Source of the DNA: a bacterium | GTDB taxonomy: Bacteria; RBG-13-61-14; DATKZS01 | NCBI GenBank assembly: GCA_046484135.1 | Contig: JAWOBU010000135.1 | Coordinates: 1 to 35,570, forward strand | DNA length: 35,570 nt | Reading direction: 5' to 3' | In this document: positions 29,457-35,570 of the stretch, piece by piece | Layout of the letters: the number at the start of each line of letters is the position of its first letter | How positions within the stretch are numbered: position 1 is the stretch's first letter | Notes under the pieces: generated by a model | The model's database searches: none | The model's input: the letters and a program-made list of their open reading frames with translations, nothing else | What the model was told of the DNA's origin: nothing | Made by a program: the position numbers and the translations under genes

Positions 29457-31022
29457 TCAAGCCTTCATTACTTCCGCCAGACCGGAAAATCCGATCTCGC
29501 CCTGGTCCATCACTGTTTTCACGAACCCCGGTATGTTCTCTTGGCCCCGCTTTAGAAAGAGCTCCGAGAAGCGCCTGAGGCCGAGAGTGTAGCACAGTTG
29601 ATATCCGGGGTTCAACGTGAAGCGGGGCGCGGACGCCCGGGCCCTTTCCCTGCTCATCCCGGTCTCACGTAAAAGCTCTGCCGCCGCCTCCAGATCAAGC
29701 GCGCCGGTCTGGAGCCCTAAGTCCACCTTTCCCCGCACCGCCCGCCAGTAGCGGCGCTTGTCCAGGAGGAGACTGTCCTCCGGCCGGTCCAGAAAGCCGG
29801 TCTGCGCCGCCAGTCCCTCGGCAAAGCATGCCCATCCTTCGTAGAAGAGTGGGTGCTCGAGAGGCCGCCGCACCGGCCGGGAGTTCCGCCACCGGTTCAT
29901 GTCCAAAAGATGATGGCCGGGCCAGGTCTCGTGTGCGGCCAGCATCGGGCTCTCGGCCGGGTTCTCGGTAATGGCGGCCCGGGGGTCGTCGGCGTTGATC
30001 ACGTAAAAGGAGCCTCCGCGGGGAGGATGCCCCGGCGTCATACTGTAGGCGGAAGCGGTGCGGATGGGAGCGAGGTAGGAAGGCACCGGCTCGACCCGCA
30101 CCGGACAGCTCTGGTAAAGCTCGGGGCTCATAAGCCCGGCTTCCAGGCAGTGCCGGCCGAGTCCTTCCACCAGCTCCTGGAAGAGCGCAAGGGCGCCGCC
30201 GGGCGGCAGGACCGGACCGGGGAGCTTGGCCACCGCCTCCTGCCAGGTGCTTCCGGAAAAGAGCAGGCGGGCCTTGGTGGAGAGCCGCTCTTCCATCTCC
30301 CGTATCTCCAGGTCAAGCTCGGCCTCCGCCTCGGGAACTGACATGCCGCAGTCCATGTGTTCCCGGACCACCCGCTCGAAAAGCTCGGGGGAAAGCCGAA
30401 AGTCGTCCCTGGTCTCAACCCGTTCCAAGCGTTCCCGGAAGCGCTCCAGCGCGGCCAGGGCGGCGCTCGCGTCTTGGCCGGCGCCGTGCAGGTGCTCGAG
30501 GTACGACCGGGCGGAAGGGACCATCTCCAGGCCGAGCCTGCGAAAAAGCTCCGGCGGCTTTTTCAGGTTTTGCGCCGCGGTGTCAAGGAAGGCGGGAACC
30601 CCGGCAATCCGGGAGCCCAGGGCGTGCGGGTCAGAGGACGCGCAGGCCTGGGCCAGTCCCACGCTGAGCACGGTGAGATAAAAGGTCGGCCGGCTCTCGA
30701 AGAACCGGACCTCGATAAGCTCCTCCCGGAGTGTCTTTAAGAACCGTTTTAAAAGCTCCCGGTCAATTCTCTCGTCCCGGTCAGTGTTTTCAAAAGACCC
30801 GGCAAGCTCGTTCTCGAAGCTGGATAGCCGGGAGGCGATCTCTTCCACTGCTTCCGGCTCGAACCTGTCCCATTCCCAGGAAGGCTCGTGTGGCACCGCC
30901 TGGGGAAAGTAGTAGAACTCGTCGGAAAAGGTGCAGACGGGAAAGACGCGGGAGAGCTCGTCATAGGCCCGGCTTGCCGTTTTCGCGGTGTTGTCGCTTG
31001 CCGCTCCGGATAAGTAAGACAT
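29457..31022 (-). CDS. DUF885 family protein (putative zinc metallopeptidase)
   Basis: AAHETWPGHHL, FYEGWACFAE, WRAVRGKVDLGLQ, NPGYQLCYTLG; no signal peptide evident. Confidence 0.88.
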   Translation of the reverse strand: MSYLSGAASDNTAKTASRAYDELSRVFPVCTFSDEFYYFPQAVPHEPSWEWDRFEPEAVEEIASRLSSFENELAGSFENTDRDERIDRELLKRFLKTLREELIEVRFFESRPTFYLTVLSVGLAQACASSDPHALGSRIAGVPAFLDTAAQNLKKPPELFRRLGLEMVPSARSYLEHLHGAGQDASAALAALERFRERLERVETRDDFRLSPELFERVVREHMDCGMSVPEAEAELDLEIREMEERLSTKARLLFSGSTWQEAVAKLPGPVLPPGGALALFQELVEGLGRHCLEAGLMSPELYQSCPVRVEPVPSYLAPIRTASAYSMTPGHPPRGGSFYVINADDPRAAITENPAESPMLAAHETWPGHHLLDMNRWRNSRPVRRPLEHPLFYEGWACFAEGLAAQTGFLDRPEDSLLLDKRRYWRAVRGKVDLGLQTGALDLEAAAELLRETGMSRERARASAPRFTLNPGYQLCYTLGLRRFSELFLKRGQENIPGFVKTVMDQGEIGFSGLAEVMKA

Positions 31023-31033
31023 AGGTGAAGAGC

Positions 31034-32296
31034 TTATTTAAAGGGTGTTTCCCGCCCGCCGCATGTCCCGGCCATTTCAACCATGAGCTCGTCTGCGGCA
31101 TCTGCGGGTATGCGGACCTTTGCCGGCATCGCGTCTTTGTCCATGGCCACCACCCGCGCCATGGGCGGTATCAAGGGGTTCTCCCGATCCTTTTCCCGGA
31201 AGGCGCGGGCGAAGACCCGGCAGGCGAAGCTCTGCCACCTTTCGAGATTATCCTGGTCAAGCCGGATTACTTCTTTGTCGTAGGCGTGGAGGCAGACCTT
31301 TTCAAAGCAAGGCAGGGGGGACACGCCCGGCGGCGAAAGCTCTGCCGCGGCCGGCTCTTTTATCACGCGGAACTCGGTCATAACGCCGTAATGGTCGGAG
31401 TAGTCTATTGTCTCCATGGTCTCGGGGTGGGAGAACCCGTCGGTCATGACGATGCGCGACTTCGCCGGTTCGAGCCAGAAGCCCCGGCTGCCCCGGTAGT
31501 TCTTGTAGAAGATATGGTCTATCCGGTGGTACTCGCCGGTGGCGTACATGTTGTCCGCTGAGTAGGTCGAGGGATTTTTGCCGGGGTTGGCCTTGTCAAA
31601 GCTGTTCACGAGACCGGTAAGGTAAACCAGGAACTTGTACTCGAGCATTTGTGGAGAGACGTTGAAGTCGCCCGCCGCGATCACGGACCTTCCGAAGGCG
31701 GAGCGCTGGTCCCGGACGAACCTGTCGAGCTGATAGAGCTGGATAAGCCGGTCGTTCTTTTTGGGGTCATGGGGCACGTACTCGCCGGAGCTGTCCGTGA
31801 GAGGCGTCATTCGTGCGATAACGTGGGTCAGAAAGAAGTCCAGCGGTCCCCACGGCGTTTTGAGCCGGGCATAGGCCACGCCCTTGCCGCCCAGCCTCTC
31901 GATGTCCTGCCAGGGGGCGTTCACCCGGTACGGCTCGAACAAGACCTCGTCCACCGGGAACTTGCTTATGAGCAGGACTCCCGACCCGTAGCGATAGGAG
32001 AAGTAACGCGAGTCTTCGAACTCGTACCCCTTGTCCGTAAGCGCCTGAAAAAGTATGTCCCGGTGCTTTTTCTCGAAGGCCTCCTGGACGGCCACCACCT
32101 GGGGGTCCAGCTCCGCTATCTTCCGGCCGATGGCATAAGTCCGGAGCTCGCGCTCCTCGGCGCCGATGATGCCCCAGATGTTGTAGCTCATGACCTTTAT
32201 ACTCGGCGCGTCCTTGGCTCCCGACGGGAGAGACGAGATGAGAAATACAGCAACAAACAAAAGCCCGAGCATAACCGGCATCCTCCGTCTCAACAT
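31034..32296 (-). CDS. Secreted endonuclease/exonuclease/phosphatase (EEP) family protein, neutral sphingomyelinase-like
   Basis: Signal peptide; SYNIW, VQEAF, GSGVLLISKFPV, GKGV, LTH, AGDFN, RIDHI, SDH; RBS GGAGG. Confidence 0.85.
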   Translation of the reverse strand: MLRRRMPVMLGLLFVAVFLISSLPSGAKDAPSIKVMSYNIWGIIGAEERELRTYAIGRKIAELDPQVVAVQEAFEKKHRDILFQALTDKGYEFEDSRYFSYRYGSGVLLISKFPVDEVLFEPYRVNAPWQDIERLGGKGVAYARLKTPWGPLDFFLTHVIARMTPLTDSSGEYVPHDPKKNDRLIQLYQLDRFVRDQRSAFGRSVIAAGDFNVSPQMLEYKFLVYLTGLVNSFDKANPGKNPSTYSADNMYATGEYHRIDHIFYKNYRGSRGFWLEPAKSRIVMTDGFSHPETMETIDYSDHYGVMTEFRVIKEPAAAELSPPGVSPLPCFEKVCLHAYDKEVIRLDQDNLERWQSFACRVFARAFREKDRENPLIPPMARVVAMDKDAMPAKVRIPADAADELMVEMAGTCGGRETPFK

Positions 32297-32328
32297 GCAA
32301 ACACCTCCAAAGGTTTTACCGGATTATA

Positions 32329-33600
32329 CTATTGCCAGGAGAACAATCGCGCCCGCACCGACAACCGCTCTATCTTCGTTAGCGGTATGATATCAGTCTC
32401 GGAGACTTCCCGATGAATAACGGTCCGGGCAGCGGGGATGACCTCCGGCCGGTAACGGTTTCTTCTCCGGTTGGCTTGGGCCATTATGTCTACCGCCCAG
32501 TTTTGCCAGGCCAGATGGTTTGTCGGAGTAAGCCTTATCCCTTGTGCGGTCAAGTCAGAAGAAAGGGGACGTTCCTCGCTTTCCGGCGGCCAGAACCGCG
32601 GACCCAACTCAACCCGGTCCCGGTCCCGGATGACCTTGAATACTGTCATGACGCCGAAGTGGTCGGAAAGATGGGACACCGTCCCGGAAGAGAGCTCCAC
32701 CGCCTCGTTGAAAACTATCTCGCTTTTGCCGGGCTTGAGCCAGAAGCCGCTTTCTCCTCTTATGTTCTTATAAAGAATATGGTCTATCCGGCCGAAATCG
32801 CTTCCCGAGACCATGGTGTTTTCCGGCGAGTAGGTACTGGCCTTTTCCCGGGGGTGGAGATCGGCAAAGCTGTCGCTCACTCCTGTGCGGGCACGCAGGA
32901 ATTGATAGCTCCACATGTCCGGCGAGGCGTTCAAGTCCCCGCACAAGACAAATGATCTTGCCGGAGGGAGGAACAAGTCCTTGCCGGGAATGGGCTGTGG
33001 AGACATTTCTTTTTGGATGAATCGGGCCAGGTACTCCATTTCCAGCAGTCGGTCCACAATTCGGCGGTCCCGGTCGTTGTGGGTTCCATCCTCGTTGTAG
33101 AGCGGCTTAAACCTGGAGATGGGATGGGTGGCAAATATCTTTAGAGGGCCGTAAGGAGTATCAAAACAGTAAAGATGTACACCTTTGCCGGAGTACTTTT
33201 CCGGGTCGAACCAGTCTCCATCCACGGGATAGGGGGTGTAGGCGGCGGAGCTTATGCTGTAGCGGCTTATCACCATAATGCCGCTGCCATAGCCGTGGTT
33301 GTCGTAGTAGTCTACGCTTTGCAAAGGATATCCCAACTCGCGAAGTCCTTGAACCAGGGCTCTGCGGTCCTTCCGGCGGAAAAACTCCTCGAACACCATC
33401 ACGTCGGGGATAGGCGTAAGCGCCATTATAGCCTCGGGAAGGGCCTGGATGCGTTCTCCTCGCATAGGCCCGAAGAAAGGATCAAAAACATTATAGGTAA
33501 GAATTGAGACAGTTTTGGCCGAGTCGGCACGCGGGGCTCCCATAGAAAGCGTAAGAGAAGCCAGGACAAGAACAATGATCAAAATCGTCTTTTTCATCAT
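32329..33600 (-). CDS. Secreted EEP family protein, neutral sphingomyelinase-like (paralog 2)
   Basis: Start at MMKKTILIIVL signal peptide (33600); TYNV, FEEFF, GSGIMVISRYSI, SGKGV, ATH, CGDLN, RIDHI, LSDH. Confidence 0.85.
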   Translation of the reverse strand: MMKKTILIIVLVLASLTLSMGAPRADSAKTVSILTYNVFDPFFGPMRGERIQALPEAIMALTPIPDVMVFEEFFRRKDRRALVQGLRELGYPLQSVDYYDNHGYGSGIMVISRYSISSAAYTPYPVDGDWFDPEKYSGKGVHLYCFDTPYGPLKIFATHPISRFKPLYNEDGTHNDRDRRIVDRLLEMEYLARFIQKEMSPQPIPGKDLFLPPARSFVLCGDLNASPDMWSYQFLRARTGVSDSFADLHPREKASTYSPENTMVSGSDFGRIDHILYKNIRGESGFWLKPGKSEIVFNEAVELSSGTVSHLSDHFGVMTVFKVIRDRDRVELGPRFWPPESEERPLSSDLTAQGIRLTPTNHLAWQNWAVDIMAQANRRRNRYRPEVIPAARTVIHREVSETDIIPLTKIERLSVRARLFSWQ

Positions 33601-33614
33601 ACAATCCTTTTCTT

Positions 33615-34049
33615 TTAGGGGCGGCTTATGACCTCGACTCTTACCTTGACCACGCCTTTTTCGATCATGTCTATCCTTTTGGCCGCGGCATAGGACAGGT
33701 CTATGATCCTTCCTTTGGCCCATGGCCCGCGGTCGTTTACCCTGACTTTGACCGACTTGTGATTGGACAGGTTGGTTACTTTTACCCGGCTGTTAAAAGG
33801 CAGGGTCTTGTGTGCCGCAGTCAGGGCGAACATGTTGAACCTCTCTCCCGACGCCGTCTTTTTGCCGTGGAACTTCTTGCCGTACCAGCTCGCCATGCCC
33901 ACCTGGGCGTCGCCGTCTGCCTGCGAAGGATTCCTCTTGTTGCCGCAGGTCGCGGAAAGCGAAAAAAGGACCAGGCATGCAAAGACCGCTACAGCGACCC
34001 TGCTTCCCCGCTTTCCGCTTCGATAACTGATTCCTTGATGGCCCTTCAT
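33615..34049 (-). CDS. rlpA: RlpA-family septal lytic transglycosylase (DPBB domain only)
   Basis: [49 protein letters not shown] before ATG 34049; hydrophobic signal with Cys; no SPOR domain. Confidence 0.9.
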   Translation of the reverse strand: MKGHQGISYRSGKRGSRVAVAVFACLVLFSLSATCGNKRNPSQADGDAQVGMASWYGKKFHGKKTASGERFNMFALTAAHKTLPFNSRVKVTNLSNHKSVKVRVNDRGPWAKGRIIDLSYAAAKRIDMIEKGVVKVRVEVISRP

Positions 34050-34072
34050 CTCCCGCCTCCTTTTCATCGCGC

Positions 34073-34795
34073 TTAGAACCTGATGAGCTCGAGGAGCTCC
34101 TCCAGCCGGCTGATGTTTTTGACATCCTCAAGCGGCTCGGGAGTAACAAGCGGGTTTGCAAGCCAGACCGCTTTCATGCCCAGGTTGCGGGCCCCCAGCA
34201 CGTCGCACCCCCACAGGTCACCGACGTGCAAAACCTCCGGCGGCCGGAGCCCGGCGCTCATGAGGGCCTTCTGATAAATGCGCGGATCAGGCTTGTTTAT
34301 GCCTTCTACCGTGGAGTCGAGAATAAGAAAGAAGTAATCCTCGATCCCCACCGCCCGGCACTTCTCGCGGGTGTAGCCGTCGTTGTTGGATATGATGGCC
34401 AGCGGGTATCCTTGCTCGTGGAGCCGGGCCAGCACTCCAAGTGCGCCCGGCATCATCACCCGCTTTGGCCGGAGCTCGACAAGCCTCTGCGTGAGCGGAG
34501 GACTTATGTCCGCGGCCTGTTCCAGGAGCCCCAGCTCGTAAAAGAAACACCCGCTGAAGGTTTGCTCGAACTCTTCCCTTGAGAAAGGGGCCTTGGGTAT
34601 TAGCTCTGATGCGGTTTTGATGTCAGCGTTTAAGTAGGCTGTTTTGACCTCGTCCAGCTCGCGGGGGTGCCCGAGCTCGCGGAGGCCCTGCCAGACGCGC
34701 TCCAGGTAAGAAGGCTCCGCGGTCACCAGGGTGTCGCCGAAGTCGAAGCTTATGAGGCGGGGCTCGAGAAGATCGCCGTTTTTCTTTTCGTTCAT
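34073..34795 (-). CDS. HAD-superfamily hydrolase (subfamily IA)
   Basis: [30 protein letters not shown]. Confidence 0.9.
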   Translation of the reverse strand: MNEKKNGDLLEPRLISFDFGDTLVTAEPSYLERVWQGLRELGHPRELDEVKTAYLNADIKTASELIPKAPFSREEFEQTFSGCFFYELGLLEQAADISPPLTQRLVELRPKRVMMPGALGVLARLHEQGYPLAIISNNDGYTREKCRAVGIEDYFFLILDSTVEGINKPDPRIYQKALMSAGLRPPEVLHVGDLWGCDVLGARNLGMKAVWLANPLVTPEPLEDVKNISRLEELLELIRF

Positions 34796-34803
34796 TCAAA
34801 ATA

Positions 34804-34832
34804 ATTCTAACAGAGGAGCGGCCGGGTTCCAA
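34804..34832 (-). promoter_or_regulatory. Putative sigma70 promoter directly abutting the HAD start codon
   Basis: Minus strand TTGGAA, 17 nt spacer, TGt-TAGAAT, 8 nt before the ATG. Confidence 0.5.
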
Positions 34833-34850
34833 TCAGGAGGCCCCTGCTGC

Positions 34851-35570
34851 CAGCAATTTCGCAACTTCTGTCGAGTTGGTGTTTGGCGGGAATGTTTTCT
34901 TTAATTTTATTGGGAGATGAATTTTGAGTATCGGTTACAAAGCCGATGAGGAGAGTGCATGCGTTTTAAAGAATCCTGTTTGCGTCATAAAGGCCGCGGG
35001 TTTCCGGCTGCCGGCCCGGCTTGGACCGGCAGTAGAGAGGGGGCAGTGTTCTAAATGGGTGGTCCGGCCTTCTTGGACAAACTGCGCTTGCCTGGTTGCG
35101 GGAGGGCCTGGTAAAGACCCCGTGCTATTTCTTTTAAGGGAGGCAGGTTAGGTGTTGTCCTGCTCATCACCTGTCTTATGACCCACAAGTTGAAAAGGAA
35201 ATATGCCATCAAGCGCAGGGCGGAGACAGCCAGGTACGCCTTGGGTTTATGTACCGCCATGTGCTTGAAACCCCAGTTTGAGGTAAGGTCTGCGAAAAGG
35301 TTGCTGTCTATCTCACATCTTAGCTTGCCCGCCATAAACAAGCTTTCTGCGCGTACCGATTTGAGGGTAGTCAGCCAGTAGTTTTCACTGGTCTCGAACA
35401 CGGCGGTCTTCTTGCCGCACTCGATGCGGTTTGACCGTTTGTTCTCCACCGACCGGCCCACCCGAACGCTTGCTCCGGCCGCGTCCCAATATACCTCGAA
35501 CTCGTCCCACAACCTCCGCGAGTATCTTTCGCCCTCCTTATGCAAGTAATCGGCCTCCCGGCCATGGGTA
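34851..35570 (-). mobile_element. Probable insertion sequence, downstream end
   Basis: Transposase-like ORF followed by about 200 nt of non-coding, partly AT-rich tail. Candidate terminus at 34851-34870 (minus strand CAGAAGTTGCGAAATTGCTG). The other end is not in the window, so the boundary is unverified. Confidence 0.45.
35051..35569 (-). CDS. DDE transposase, C-terminal part (5' end outside window), possibly degenerate
   Basis: Frame open to the window edge; YWLTTL...GKLRCEIDSNLFADLTSNWGFKH...LMAYFLFNL resembles the RWxIEN..F..L...H...AYNL region of IS4-like/ISAs1-like/ISNCY transposases. Confidence 0.65.
   Translation of the reverse strand, partial: THGREADYLHKEGERYSRRLWDEFEVYWDAAGASVRVGRSVENKRSNRIECGKKTAVFETSENYWLTTLKSVRAESLFMAGKLRCEIDSNLFADLTSNWGFKHMAVHKPKAYLAVSALRLMAYFLFNLWVIRQVMSRTTPNLPPLKEIARGLYQALPQPGKRSLSKKAGPPI

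Noticed and set aside
32322..32330. Minus-strand TATAAT before the 32296 EEP gene
   Set aside because: Perfect -10 but no -35 or TG extension; insufficient support.

Overview
GC-rich chromosomal window from a diderm bacterium; gene order suggests a Desulfobacterota/Myxococcota-type ('Deltaproteobacteria') host (inference). 1-15.8 kb (+): partial acidic protein, OppD/DppD-type ATPase, then lptC-lptA-lptB-rpoN-hpf-ptsN-hprK-EIIA(Man)-ptsH-ptsI-metK-ahcY-tkt-kdsC. 16.0-26.3 kb (-): chemosensory cluster cheR(TPR)-cheW-REC/DUF4388-cheA(REC)-cheB with no chemoreceptor gene, running into a lipoprotein, an atypical MmgE/PrpD protein and an L,D-transpeptidase. 26.6-27.2 kb (+): secreted protein with its own sigma70 promoter and terminator. 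27.3-34.8 kb (-): HAD hydrolase, RlpA-like protein, two sphingomyelinase-like EEP paralogs, and a DUF885 peptidase + ATP-grasp-type ligase + SAM methyltransferase cassette. The ligase appears to have an unusual circular permutation, and this cassette is the best candidate for an undescribed system. The window ends in the 3' part of a DDE transposase. Several intergenic REP-like palindromes occur, one nested. All family calls come from motif recognition by eye; no searches were run.
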